A DNA stretch of 64,000 bases from Oscillospiraceae bacterium (GTDB taxonomy: Bacteria; Bacillota; Clostridia; Oscillospirales; Ruminococcaceae), in assembly GCA_014799395.1 (NCBI GenBank), contig JAAVID010000003.1, positions 63,105-127,104 of the forward strand, read 5' to 3'. Shown here piece by piece: positions 43,451-53,233 of the stretch (positions are counted from its first letter, which is position 1; each line of letters starts with the position of its first letter). Position numbers and translations under genes: made by a program. The notes under the pieces were generated by a model that searched no databases, had not been told where the DNA came from, and was given only the letters and a program-made list of their open reading frames with translations.

Positions 43451-44542
43451 ATGACTTTTGAGGAGATTTACAAAATGACCGATAAAAATAAAACGCTGAC
43501 ATTGATATTGTGTGTGCTTTTCGGCTATCTCGGTATGCACCGCTTTTATGTAGGAAAAAATAAATCGGGAATAGTATGGCTTTTGACAGGCGGGCTTTGC
43601 GGAATAGGCTGGATTATTGATATAATTTTAATATGCACGGATAAGTTTGACGGGGTTACGGGAACGCAAAACACATCTGTATCTCAACCTATCCAACAAC
43701 CTTTACAATCGAAGAGCGCGTCCATACCGCAACCTGTTCAACCGCCAACTGCTCCGATGCAGGAAACGGTTCAGGTGCAAACACCACAGCCGCAAGCCGC
43801 TCCGATACCGAAAGCTGTTCAAGTGCAAATACCACAGCCGCAAACTGCTCCAATACCTAAAGCCGTTCAAGCACAAGTACCACAGCAGCAAGCTGCTCCG
43901 ACTTTGGTTTCCACCTATGTGCCTATGCCCTGCTTTTTACCGATCACCGACGGCAAGGGGTTAAAATACGAGTATGAAAACGATTTGTGCATGATAAATA
44001 CTACAGCGGCGGAGCTTAACGCAGAATTGGGTGGAGAGGTCACGTTCAAGCAAGAACCCGAAAACGCCAATGACGCAAACGCGGTCGCAGTATGGCAGAA
44101 CGAACGCAAGCTCGGCTATATCTATCGCGGACAAAGTCAAGAAATGGCTAACCGTTGGTTGAAAAGCAACGATCCATTAATGGGATTTATAAGCCACGTG
44201 GATATTGTGCAGAATAAGGTCAAGTACAAAATCGGATTTTACAGACCGCTTGAGGAAATGGAAAAGGGTAAATTCAAGCTCGCGGGTATACGGCAAAAGG
44301 ATAATTTAGGCGATCTGCGGCAGGATAATTTAGAATGCTGCAAAGAGGGAGAGACGCTTTCAATTGAGTTCGACGACGAAACGGAAAAATATATCGTTTG
44401 GGGCGGTGGCGGCGAAATCGGCGTGCTGCCGAAAAAAGCAGAAGATTTTCTCGGTTCAAAAGACAGAGCCGTCGGCATTCTGACAAAAATGGAGTGTGAC
44501 GATGACGGCAAATATAACGCCGAGGTTGAAGTGTATATATAA
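43451..44542 (+). CDS. TM2 (NINE) membrane protein + P/Q repeat linker + tandem HIRAN-like domains
   Basis: FGYLGMHRFYVGK..GIVWLLTGGLCGIGWIID; EPENANDANAVAVW..KLGYI; second repeat GEIGVLPK. Confidence 0.8.
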   Translation: MTFEEIYKMTDKNKTLTLILCVLFGYLGMHRFYVGKNKSGIVWLLTGGLCGIGWIIDIILICTDKFDGVTGTQNTSVSQPIQQPLQSKSASIPQPVQPPTAPMQETVQVQTPQPQAAPIPKAVQVQIPQPQTAPIPKAVQAQVPQQQAAPTLVSTYVPMPCFLPITDGKGLKYEYENDLCMINTTAAELNAELGGEVTFKQEPENANDANAVAVWQNERKLGYIYRGQSQEMANRWLKSNDPLMGFISHVDIVQNKVKYKIGFYRPLEEMEKGKFKLAGIRQKDNLGDLRQDNLECCKEGETLSIEFDDETEKYIVWGGGGEIGVLPKKAEDFLGSKDRAVGILTKMECDDDGKYNAEVEVYI

Positions 44543-44551
44543 CACAATATC

Positions 44552-44567
44552 TTGCAATCGATTGCAA
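44552..44567. promoter_or_regulatory. Palindrome copy 6, 21 nt upstream of integrase ATG
   Basis: TTGCAATCGATTGCAA. Confidence 0.7.
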
Positions 44568-44588
44568 AACCACATTTGAGGTGATATA

Positions 44589-46172
44589 ATGGAACGCTAC
44601 GCAATGTACCTCCGCAAATCCCGAGCCGATCTGGACGCGGAGGCTCACGGCGAGGGCGAAACCCTCGCCCGGCACAAAGCCGCTTTGCTTGCATTAGCAA
44701 AGCGGCTGAATTTAACGGTCTCGGAAATATATCAGGAGATCGTATCAGGTGAAACAATAGCCGCTCGTCCGATGATGCAGCAGCTCCTCCAGGAGGTCAG
44801 TGAAGGAAAATGGACGGGAGTTATCGTAATGGAAGTTGAACGTCTCGCCCGCGGTGATACTATGGACCAGGGTTTTGTTTCGCAGACATTCAAATACAGT
44901 GGAACGAAAATCATCACACCGCTGAAAATATACGATCCGTCCAACGAATTCGACGAGGAATATTTTGAATTCGGTCTGTTTATGAGCCGCCGCGAATATG
45001 TCACTACAAACCGCCGCCTACAACGCGGACGCGCCGCCTCTGCCCGTGAGGGTAAATTTGTAGGAAGTATCGCTCCGTTTGGATATAAGCGCAAAAAAAT
45101 CGAAAACGACAAGGGATATACTCTTGAAATAGTTCCGGAGCAAGCGGAGATCATCAAAATGATTTTTGACTTCTACGTCAACGGTACAGATGTTAACGGC
45201 GAACACAAGCGACTTGGTTTTCAAGCAATCGCACGCAAGCTCAACGAGCTGAAAATTCCGCCAATACGTCACGACTATTGGCAAAAGGAATCCATCAAAG
45301 ATATCATAACAAATCCCACATATGCCGGAATGATACGCTGGGGATACCGCAAAGTAAAGAAAACGGTCACTCCGCAGGGAAAGAAAACGTCGCGCCCGAT
45401 AACATTGGACGATAATTGCATCATAGCCAAAGGGTTACATGAGGCTATAATTCCGAAAGATATATTCGACAGAGCTCAGGAATTTCTTGCAGAACAGCCG
45501 TCACCACCGGTCGGATATAAAAGCGAGATTAAAAATCCTCTGTGCAGTCTTGTCATTTGTGCGAAATGCGGTCGAAAAATGGTGCTAAGGCGCGGCACGG
45601 ACAAAAAGCCGGATTACATTGTATGTCACGCGCGCTCTTGTACGGTAGTATCAACTCCGCTTTATTTGGTTGAAGATCGTGTGCTTAATATTTTAAAACA
45701 ATGGGCGAATGACTATGAAGTAATCTCAAAGAATATGGATCTACAATTCGGAGCCAATATTGCCGATTATACGACGGTCAGCGAAAATCTTCAACAAGAG
45801 TTAAACGTTCTTGAACGCCAACAGCGCACGATATATGACCTTGTCGAACGCGGATTGTACACCGACGAGGAATTTAAAAAACGAATTACCGAAATCAAAC
45901 AGCGCATAGAAAATGCCAAAAACGGCTTAAAAAAGCTTGGTCTCGATAGAGAAATAGTGGAGAGAAGAAAAAAAGCAATTGAAGAATTCGCTCCAAAGGT
46001 CGAACATATCCTTGAGATATACTCCACTCGAACGTCTGCCGCCGCCAAAAACGAGATACTGAAAGAGGTACTTGAACGTGTTGTATATGATAAAGAAAAA
46101 AGCGGCGCGCTCAAGGGCTGTTCAGCAGATGATTTTACGCTGATTGCATATCCCAAATTGCCAAAACTATGA
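44589..46172 (+). CDS. Large serine recombinase (prophage integrase)
   Basis: YLRKS catalytic Ser, ERLARGD, recombinase domain, Zn ribbon CAKCG..C, coiled coil. Confidence 0.96.
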   Translation: MERYAMYLRKSRADLDAEAHGEGETLARHKAALLALAKRLNLTVSEIYQEIVSGETIAARPMMQQLLQEVSEGKWTGVIVMEVERLARGDTMDQGFVSQTFKYSGTKIITPLKIYDPSNEFDEEYFEFGLFMSRREYVTTNRRLQRGRAASAREGKFVGSIAPFGYKRKKIENDKGYTLEIVPEQAEIIKMIFDFYVNGTDVNGEHKRLGFQAIARKLNELKIPPIRHDYWQKESIKDIITNPTYAGMIRWGYRKVKKTVTPQGKKTSRPITLDDNCIIAKGLHEAIIPKDIFDRAQEFLAEQPSPPVGYKSEIKNPLCSLVICAKCGRKMVLRRGTDKKPDYIVCHARSCTVVSTPLYLVEDRVLNILKQWANDYEVISKNMDLQFGANIADYTTVSENLQQELNVLERQQRTIYDLVERGLYTDEEFKKRITEIKQRIENAKNGLKKLGLDREIVERRKKAIEEFAPKVEHILEIYSTRTSAAAKNEILKEVLERVVYDKEKSGALKGCSADDFTLIAYPKLPKL

Positions 46173-46199
46173 GAACAATAACTGTAAAGCCGCATTATC

Positions 46200-46250
46200 T
46201 CTATAGATGTTAACGTGTGTGTTCTGTTTCATCGGCGCACTCTCCGCTGA
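46200..46250. other. Hybrid att site (prophage right junction) inside asnB
   Basis: asnB homology ends after GAT GAA (46228-46233); next codons ETEHTR* are phage-derived. Confidence 0.8.
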
Positions 46251-47358
46251 GCGCCACGGGAAAGCCCGCGTTCTTGATCTCGCGGCAGAACAGCCACAGC
46301 GAGCTGTCAACGTCCGCCATTCCGGGGAGATCGCGCGCGTACGTCGAATCGTTCAGCGCCTCGGCGAGCGCGGGAGTATCCAGCACGACATTGGTGTGCT
46401 CCGAGCCGATAAACCTTGCCATTTCCTCTACATACGGCGCGTCCTCGTCGGGCTGAAACGCGCTTGCCTTGAAGTTCTCGCGGTTGTTCTTGTAATCTAT
46501 CGAAAACGTATGCAGGCGCTCGCCGCGCTTGGCGAATTCCGCCGCCGCTATCGCAGAGATGACCGAGCTGTCCAGCCCTCCCGACAGGAACGTACACAGC
46601 GGCACGTCGCTTACGAGCTGACGTTTCACAGCGTCGAAAATAAGCTCGCGGACGCGGCTCGCGGTCTCGGTGAAGCTCTCGTTGTGCGGGGAAGCCGTCA
46701 GTTTCCAGTAGCGCTTTACGGTCATTCCTTTGCGCGAGAACTCGGCGCAGTGCGCCGCGGGAATGTCGTGTATATCGCGGAACACGCCGCCGCCGACTAT
46801 CCGCGCGGGACCTATAAGCATTATCTCCGCCGCGCCCTCCTCGGTTATCACGGGCTTGACCCCGGGGTGCTTCAAAAGCGCCTTTATCTCGCTCGCGAAC
46901 ACCAGACCGTTCTCCGTTTCCGCGTAGAACAGCGGCTTTACGCCTATCCTGTCGCGGGCGAGGAACAGCGTCTGTTCGCTCCTGTTCCAGACCGCAAACG
47001 CGAAGATGCCGTTGAACATTTCAAGACACTTCTCGCCGTACTCGGCGTAGGCTTTCAGCACCACCTCGGTATCGGAATGTCCGAGGAAACGGTAACCGCG
47101 CTTTTCGAGCCCTCCGCGTATCTCCGTGGTGTTGTACAGCTCGCCGTTGTAGACGAGCGTGAGGTCTCCGAAGGTCATGGGCTGAGCGCCGTTTTCGGGG
47201 TCGATTACGATAAGCCGCCTGTGCGCGAGACAGACGTGCTCATGCTCGAAAAATCCGTCCGCGTCGGGTCCGCGCGGCGTAAGCGCACGGCTCATCTCGC
47301 GTATTATTTCGTTATTGATCTGCGTTCTGAAATTGATCTCTCCTGCAATTCCGCACAT
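46210..47358 (-). pseudogene. asnB: 5' part of glutamine-hydrolysing asparagine synthetase (AsnO-like), interrupted by prophage
   Basis: MCGIAG, RGPD, HRRL, LSGGLDSS, ARDLPGMADVDSSL, ends at SGECADE; full-length enzymes are ~600 aa. Confidence 0.92.
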
Positions 47359-47615
47359 AATGATCGCTCCTTTCGTGCTGCATTATATGCGTTTTCCGGA
47401 AATTTGACAGCGCGTTTATTCGTCGTTTTCCGACGGCAAAAAGTCCCAAAAATTTTACATAAATTCAAAATTGCGGCTATGACTTTGTGCAAGTTGCCTA
47501 TTGAAAACGATTAACTTTTGTGGTATTATATACATAAAGAACAAAAACGATCTGTCTATATTTCAAATGACAGACCAAAAAGCGTTTTCGTCAATTTTAT
47601 TAGGAGGCGAACACC

Positions 47616-48611
47616 GTGAATATCACTATCAAAGATGTTGCAAAAGCCGCGAACGTGTCCGTCGCAACCGTTTCGCGCGTGCTCAACAACAAGAACAACG
47701 TATCCGAGGAGGCTGTACAAGCGGTAAACCGCGCCGTTGAGGAGCTCGGTTACAGCCCGAATTTCCTCGGGCGCGACCTGCGCAAAAGCGAAACCAAGCG
47801 CATTCTCGCGATAATCGGCTCTACGGAGCAGAGCTTTTACAGCGACGTTCTGCGCGGTATGCAGGACGCGGCTTTCGTCGACGGCTACGATATTCTCATA
47901 GCCACCACGCGCAACGACCCCGAGCACGAAATGCACCTGCTCGGTATGCTGTTTTCACGCGCGGTGGACGGCGTTGTGCTGCTCGCGCCAAAGCTCGACA
48001 GCAAGACCATAAGCGACCTGTCCAAGCGCTACCGTATCGCGATCTGTCTTGAAAGGCTCGACATCAGCGACATTCTCTGCGTGACTATCGACAACGAGCG
48101 CGCGGGCTTTGACGCCACGAGCTACCTTATCGGCAAGGGCAGACGGCGTATCGGTCTGATAACCACGGAGGTTCGCAGTCAGTCCTCTGTCGACCGCGAA
48201 AACGGCTATATGCGCGCTCTCAAGGCGGCAAATATCCCGTTCGACCCCGATCTGGTGTTTTACGGCGACTACGACGCCGACACGGGAACGCGCGGCTGTG
48301 AAGCGCTTATGAGCCTCCCGAACAAGCCCGACGCGATCTTCTCCATTTCGGACACCATCTCGATAGGCGCTATGACCTACGCCGTTCAGCACGGCATAAC
48401 CGTCGGCAAGGATCTGCTGTTCTTCGGCTTTGACAATATCGCCTACTCGCATATGTTCATACCGCGGCTCTCGACCGTCGAGCAGCCGTGCTATCTGCAA
48501 GGCAAAACGGTAGTGGAAAAGCTCATCGCCAATATGAAGACCGATGAGCCCGATAAATCTACATATATGCTCCCGCACAGCCTTATCCTGCGCGAGTCCA
48601 CGGGAGATTAA
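47616..48611 (+). CDS. LacI-family transcriptional regulator
   Basis: TIKDVAKAANVSVATVSRVLN HTH plus sugar-binding domain. Confidence 0.96.
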   Translation: MNITIKDVAKAANVSVATVSRVLNNKNNVSEEAVQAVNRAVEELGYSPNFLGRDLRKSETKRILAIIGSTEQSFYSDVLRGMQDAAFVDGYDILIATTRNDPEHEMHLLGMLFSRAVDGVVLLAPKLDSKTISDLSKRYRIAICLERLDISDILCVTIDNERAGFDATSYLIGKGRRRIGLITTEVRSQSSVDRENGYMRALKAANIPFDPDLVFYGDYDADTGTRGCEALMSLPNKPDAIFSISDTISIGAMTYAVQHGITVGKDLLFFGFDNIAYSHMFIPRLSTVEQPCYLQGKTVVEKLIANMKTDEPDKSTYMLPHSLILRESTGD

Positions 48612-48617
48612 AGCGGG

Positions 48618-49754
48618 TCAAATAACGCTCTGACCGCGCTGATTTGCCACGCATTCGGCGATAATATCCGCCGCCGCGGTTATCTCCTCCTCGGTATTGT
48701 TGTCCGAGAGAGTGAGCCGAAGCGTTCCGTCAAGCAGGCTTTCGTCAAGCCCGAGCGCCGCGAGAACGTGCGAGCGGTGCTGTTTCCCGGCGGAGCAAGC
48801 GGAAGCTGTCGAGGCGCACACGCCCATAAGGTCGAGTGTCATCACAAGCGCCTCGCCGTCAATATCCGAAAACGAGAAGTTCACGTTTGAGCAAAGCCGC
48901 TCCGAGCGGCTTCCGTTCAGACGCGAATTCGGTATTTTTTCAAGCTTTTCGATAAGCATATCGCGAAGCCGTGACAGTTTTTGACAGCGTTCGGGAATAT
49001 CGCGGCAGACTTCCGTAATAGCTGCGCCGAGAGCCGCAATCGCCGCGACGTTCTCCGTGCCCGAGCGTATCCCCCGCTCCTGACCGCCGCCGAATATCAT
49101 CGGCGTTATCGGAGCTCCCTTGCGTACATACAGCAGCCCCGCGCCCTTTATCCCGCCGATCTTATGCGCCGAGACCGTCAGCATATCAACGGGAAGCTCA
49201 CGCATATCGAGAGGGATATTCCCGACCGCCTGAACCGCGTCGGTATGAAATAAAACGCCCCTCCGACGGCAGAGCTCGCCTATCTCCGCGACAGGCTGAA
49301 GCGTTCCTATTTCGTTGTTCGCCGTCATTACGGAGACAAGCGCGGTGTTATCGTCGATAGCCGCCGCAATGTCCTCGGCGTGAATTACGCCCTCGCTGTC
49401 GGGCGAAATTTGTACAACCTCAAATCCCCGCCGTTCAAGCTCCGAACAAGCGTTCAGCACGGCGGGGTGTTCTATTGCCGTAGTCACGATTTTTCGCTTA
49501 TGGTGAACACTCAGCGCCGAAAAAACCGCCAGATTATCGCTCTCCGTGCCTCCGCTCATGAAGAATATCTCCTCGGGGAGCGCTCCGAGAGCTGCCGCGC
49601 ACTGTTCCCGCGCTGCGATCACCGCGAGCCTTGCCTCGCGTCCGGGCGTGTGGACGGAAGACGGGTTCGCGAAATTTTCCGTTATAAACGGCATAGCAGC
49701 GGCAAGCGCTCTCGGGTGAACGGGAGCGCTTGCCGCGTTGTCAAGATATATCAT
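48618..49754 (-). CDS. iscS: Cysteine desulfurase (IscS/NifS family)
   Basis: YLDNAA, HTDAVQ, SAHK, RSGTEN, SACS. Confidence 0.9.
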   Translation of the reverse strand: MIYLDNAASAPVHPRALAAAMPFITENFANPSSVHTPGREARLAVIAAREQCAAALGALPEEIFFMSGGTESDNLAVFSALSVHHKRKIVTTAIEHPAVLNACSELERRGFEVVQISPDSEGVIHAEDIAAAIDDNTALVSVMTANNEIGTLQPVAEIGELCRRRGVLFHTDAVQAVGNIPLDMRELPVDMLTVSAHKIGGIKGAGLLYVRKGAPITPMIFGGGQERGIRSGTENVAAIAALGAAITEVCRDIPERCQKLSRLRDMLIEKLEKIPNSRLNGSRSERLCSNVNFSFSDIDGEALVMTLDLMGVCASTASACSAGKQHRSHVLAALGLDESLLDGTLRLTLSDNNTEEEITAAADIIAECVANQRGQSVI

Positions 49755-50143
49755 TCTCCAAGTGCCTTTCTCAGATCGCGCAGATACGCCGCCTGCTGTT
49801 TTTTCAGATACCCTTTGACAAACGGTCTCATTATCAATTTTTTTGGCGTGATATACTCGGTGAAGTCAATGGCGGTTCTGCCATTTTTCGCAGACAGCTT
49901 TCCTGTCCAATGTCCCGATATATTGTCATTGTCAATATCGAACTCATACAGCAAATAAGGTTCAAATACGGTTATAGTGAAGTGCGTTTTAAAGCCGCTT
50001 TTGTCGACCTCAACGAAGTTCTTTTCGTCAAGACGCTCTATCCCGCGAAGATCGCTGCGCCACGCGCCGTCAAACGATGTGATGAGCGTCCACACTTTTT
50101 CTATATCCGCGGACAACTCCGCTTTGATATTTGATACAGCCAT
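49751..50143 (-). CDS. SRPBCC/polyketide cyclase-like protein
   Basis: ADIEKVW..WRSDL..FDIDN pattern. Confidence 0.75.
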   Translation of the reverse strand: MAVSNIKAELSADIEKVWTLITSFDGAWRSDLRGIERLDEKNFVEVDKSGFKTHFTITVFEPYLLYEFDIDNDNISGHWTGKLSAKNGRTAIDFTEYITPKKLIMRPFVKGYLKKQQAAYLRDLRKALGE

Positions 50144-50146
50144 ACT

Positions 50147-50578
50147 TTACTCCAGTATTATTGTGAACGGTCCGCTGTTCACAAGCTCCACGCGCATTTC
50201 CGCGCCGAAAACTCCCTTTTCAACGTGTATTTCGCGACTGCAAAGCTCGCAGAAATACTCGTACAGCCGCTCCGCTTCTTTCGGTTCTTTCGCCATAAGG
50301 AAGTTCGGGCGGTTTCCCTTTCGGCAGTCCGCGTACAAGGTGAACTGCGAGATTATCAGCAGACTTCCGTTCACGTCTTTAAGCGAAAGGTTGGTCTTGC
50401 CGTTTTCGTCCTCGAAAATGCGCAGTCCTATCAGCTTTTTCGCCAGTCTCTCGCAGTCGGCTTCGGTATCCTCCGCACCGACGCCGAGCAGCACCAGAAA
50501 CCCCTTTCCTATCGCGCCGACTTCTTTTCCGTCAACGGATACGCTTGCGCGTTCCGTTCGTTGTATTACCAGCTTCAT
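50147..50578 (-). CDS. dtd: D-aminoacyl-tRNA deacylase
   Basis: VIQR..ASV, SQFTL, GVFGAEM, NSGPFT. Confidence 0.95.
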   Translation of the reverse strand: MKLVIQRTERASVSVDGKEVGAIGKGFLVLLGVGAEDTEADCERLAKKLIGLRIFEDENGKTNLSLKDVNGSLLIISQFTLYADCRKGNRPNFLMAKEPKEAERLYEYFCELCSREIHVEKGVFGAEMRVELVNSGPFTIILE

Positions 50579-51429
50579 TATCTGTGACGACCTCCGCCTC
50601 CGCCGTGACCTCCGCTGCGGTGACTTCCTCCACCGCCGCCGTGATGTCCTCCGCTATGACCGCCGCCGCTGCTACTGCTGACAACGTGGCTTGTGGTGTA
50701 CTCGCGGACGAAACGGTCTACCTGACGGGTAATGCGCGTGCGGCTTTGATCCAGGTAGTTCGCCGCGCTTATGGGAGCGCGCTTTTTGTAGCTTCTGACA
50801 ACGCTGCTGACGATAACTACCGTGAGTATCGTCGCGATAACAAGCCCTATCGTGCTTCCGCCGAATATCGTGCTTATCAGCTTATCGTCCACCATAAGGC
50901 TCGCCGTGCCGCCCGAGCCGCTGCCGTAGCGCTCCGCGACGGAGCAGAAGTTCCTGCACGCGGCGTAAAAGCCCGAGCTGTCAAGCCCGTCGTACACCTT
51001 GTTGAACATAGCGTTTATATGGCTGTCATATTTGTTGCGCCCCATTCCGCTTGTGGAAATACGATCCTCGTAACTCGCATACGCGGGATTGTCGTATGTA
51101 TTCAGCAGCATAAGCACGACAAACGAGCTTCCGTTGCCGAACGCCGCGTCGCCGAATTCGTCCGCGAACTTTACGTCCGACATACCGTTAAGGTCGCGCG
51201 TTATTACTATCCCGACGTTGCAGCTCGCCTTGTCTGCCGTTTCCTGCATAAGCTGACGGAGATCGTATTCCTGCTCGTCGGTAAGGCAGTCGTCTAAATC
51301 GGCGAGCGCCGCCGAAAAACTGCCGTCCGTACCCGCGAAAGCGGTCATGCCGAATACGGGCAGAATAAGCAGCATTACCGATACTACCACCGTAAAATAT
51401 TTTATTTTAAGCAACGCACAGCCCTCCAA
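50578..51429 (-). CDS. TPM-domain membrane protein
   Basis: [13 protein letters not shown], Gly/His/Ser-rich tail. Confidence 0.8.
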   Translation of the reverse strand: MEGCALLKIKYFTVVVSVMLLILPVFGMTAFAGTDGSFSAALADLDDCLTDEQEYDLRQLMQETADKASCNVGIVITRDLNGMSDVKFADEFGDAAFGNGSSFVVLMLLNTYDNPAYASYEDRISTSGMGRNKYDSHINAMFNKVYDGLDSSGFYAACRNFCSVAERYGSGSGGTASLMVDDKLISTIFGGSTIGLVIATILTVVIVSSVVRSYKKRAPISAANYLDQSRTRITRQVDRFVREYTTSHVVSSSSGGGHSGGHHGGGGGSHRSGGHGGGGGRHR

Positions 51430-52498
51430 ACAAAGACCCCAATACCAGTGTGAGCAGGAATATCCCCGCGCCGAAGAAAAACGTTCTCAGCTTGCTGACG
51501 GGCAGCTCGCCGAACATTTTCTCAGTCTGCCCGTTCATAACGAACGCGTAGTCCTTTCCGCGGTACCGATAATTCAAAAACCAAACGGGAAGCAGCGCGT
51601 AGACGTATTTCTGCTGACGGTAAACAAAGCTCGTGCGCACCGATTCCAGCGAGGTGTACACCGAAGCCATCCGCCGTATCTCAGCCTCGGCGGCGGCAAG
51701 CACGCGCTGGTCTATCCGCACGGCTGCCTGTTCCTTGGAAACGTCGTACTTTTCCGCGGCGCAGCCCGACAGATAGGACATAGAAAACGGCTTGAGACCG
51801 CTGTATGTAAACGGCTCTATGCTCTCCATAAGGCTGTCGTCGATACGCTTTGAGCCGTCGCACGGCACGCGTATAAACGACAATTCCGCGTCGCGCTCCA
51901 CATCATAGACCTTGGTGTGGGTGTACTGTCTGTCGCCCGTTCTCCAGGTGCGCACCGTCTTGCCCGTCGCGGTGAGCTGAACGTCCGCCAGACCGCTTTT
52001 CAGCCAGTACGGAACATACAGCGCCGAGATGTTGCTTATCTGCGCCTCGGACTTGAATCCTCTCGGCAGCAGGAATTTACCCTTTATGTACTCCTTGAAC
52101 CTCTGTTCCGCGCGTTCTCTCGTCGTGGAGAACGGGATTATCATATTCGGCTTGAACTCGCCCGAGAGCCTTCCCGAAAGAATTACGGGCGTATGGCAGA
52201 AGTGACATCTCGTAGACGACGTAAGACTGTCGCAGATAACGCCCGCGCCGCAGTTCGGACAGGTGTACAAAGCGCTCTGCCCCGTAAATTCCTCCGACCG
52301 TTCCTGCGATTCGTCAAGCTCGGGCTCCGCCGTATCGAGGTTTACCTCCTGCTCGTTGTGCTTGAAGATATTCCGTATCTCGTAGTCCGAGAACGTGCTG
52401 TCGCAGTAAAAGCACCTGAACCCGCCGCTCGCGTTGTCGTATTCCAGCGCAGCGTTGCAGTTCGGGCACTGATAAGTAATAGTCTGAACCGTTTCCAT
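51407..52498 (-). CDS. Double Zn-ribbon membrane protein
   Basis: CPNC..CFYC, CPNCGA..CHFC, YVPYW, LLPVW, MNGQT. Confidence 0.8.
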   Translation of the reverse strand: METVQTITYQCPNCNAALEYDNASGGFRCFYCDSTFSDYEIRNIFKHNEQEVNLDTAEPELDESQERSEEFTGQSALYTCPNCGAGVICDSLTSSTRCHFCHTPVILSGRLSGEFKPNMIIPFSTTRERAEQRFKEYIKGKFLLPRGFKSEAQISNISALYVPYWLKSGLADVQLTATGKTVRTWRTGDRQYTHTKVYDVERDAELSFIRVPCDGSKRIDDSLMESIEPFTYSGLKPFSMSYLSGCAAEKYDVSKEQAAVRIDQRVLAAAEAEIRRMASVYTSLESVRTSFVYRQQKYVYALLPVWFLNYRYRGKDYAFVMNGQTEKMFGELPVSKLRTFFFGAGIFLLTLVLGSLFGGLCVA

Positions 52499-52507
52499 TT
52501 TTACTCC

Positions 52508-53221
52508 TTACCTGACCTCAATATCGGCAAACACCTTGCCGATACTGTCGCTTATGACCAGCTCCGCGTTTTTGTCCGCGTTGGTTGGGGATCGGTTTAT
52601 CACAACAAGGTGCTTGCCGTTGAAGTAATTCACAAACCCCGCCGCGGGGTACACGACAAGCGAAGTACCGCCGATCATCAGCGTATCGGCGTTCATTATC
52701 TCGTTTACCGCGCGGTTTATATCGTCGCCGTTAAGACTCTCCTCGTACAAGACCACGTCGGGCTTTATGCGCCCTCCGCACTTTTCGCAGTACGGCGTGC
52801 CGTCATAATTTATTATGTAGTCGAGCGGATACGGTTCGGCGCATTTAAAGCAATAATTCCGGTGAATACTGCCGTGAAGCTCGATAACGTTCCTGCTCCC
52901 CGCCGCCTGATGAAGCCCGTCGATGTTCTGCGTTATCACCGCCGAGAGCTTCCCCGCGCGTTCAAGCTCGGCGAGCTTTAAATGCGCGGCGTTCGGCTTC
53001 GCGTCCGAGAATATCATCTTGTCGCGGTAAAACCTGAAAAACTCCTCGTAATCGCGCTCGTAAAAGCTCCTGCTGATTATCGTTTCGGGAGGATATTTGT
53101 ACTTCTGATTATACAAGCCGTCCTGACTTCGGAAGTCGGGGATACCGCTTTCCGTGGACACCCCCGCGCCGCCGAAGAACACTATCCGCTTGCTGTCGTC
53201 GATTATCTCCTGCAACGTCAT
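52508..53221 (-). CDS. cobB: Sir2-family NAD-dependent deacylase
   Basis: GAGVSTESGIPDFRS, TQNIDGLH, LHGS, KPDVVLY. Confidence 0.93.
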   Translation of the reverse strand: MTLQEIIDDSKRIVFFGGAGVSTESGIPDFRSQDGLYNQKYKYPPETIISRSFYERDYEEFFRFYRDKMIFSDAKPNAAHLKLAELERAGKLSAVITQNIDGLHQAAGSRNVIELHGSIHRNYCFKCAEPYPLDYIINYDGTPYCEKCGGRIKPDVVLYEESLNGDDINRAVNEIMNADTLMIGGTSLVVYPAAGFVNYFNGKHLVVINRSPTNADKNAELVISDSIGKVFADIEVR

Positions 53222-53233
53222 TCTATCCGCTCC

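Larger units (their letters stand above)
1..46228. mobile_element. Prophage (siphovirus, HK97-type head, large serine recombinase), left end outside window
   Basis: Colinear integrase-immunity-replication-packaging-head-tail-lysis modules; right boundary where host asnB homology stops abruptly. Confidence 0.95.

Noticed and set aside
46207-47514. 435-aa + strand ORF (and similar long antisense ORFs at 57737-59185, 60051-61010, 51917-52981)
   Set aside because: Shadows of GC-rich real genes (asnB, pyk, SGNH, Zn-ribbon) on the opposite strand.
50578-52498. Link between host TPM/Zn-ribbon genes and the phage SPFH gene
   Set aside because: Such operons often include an SPFH gene, but the phage protein is a different prohibitin-like type 25 kb away; no evidence of capture.
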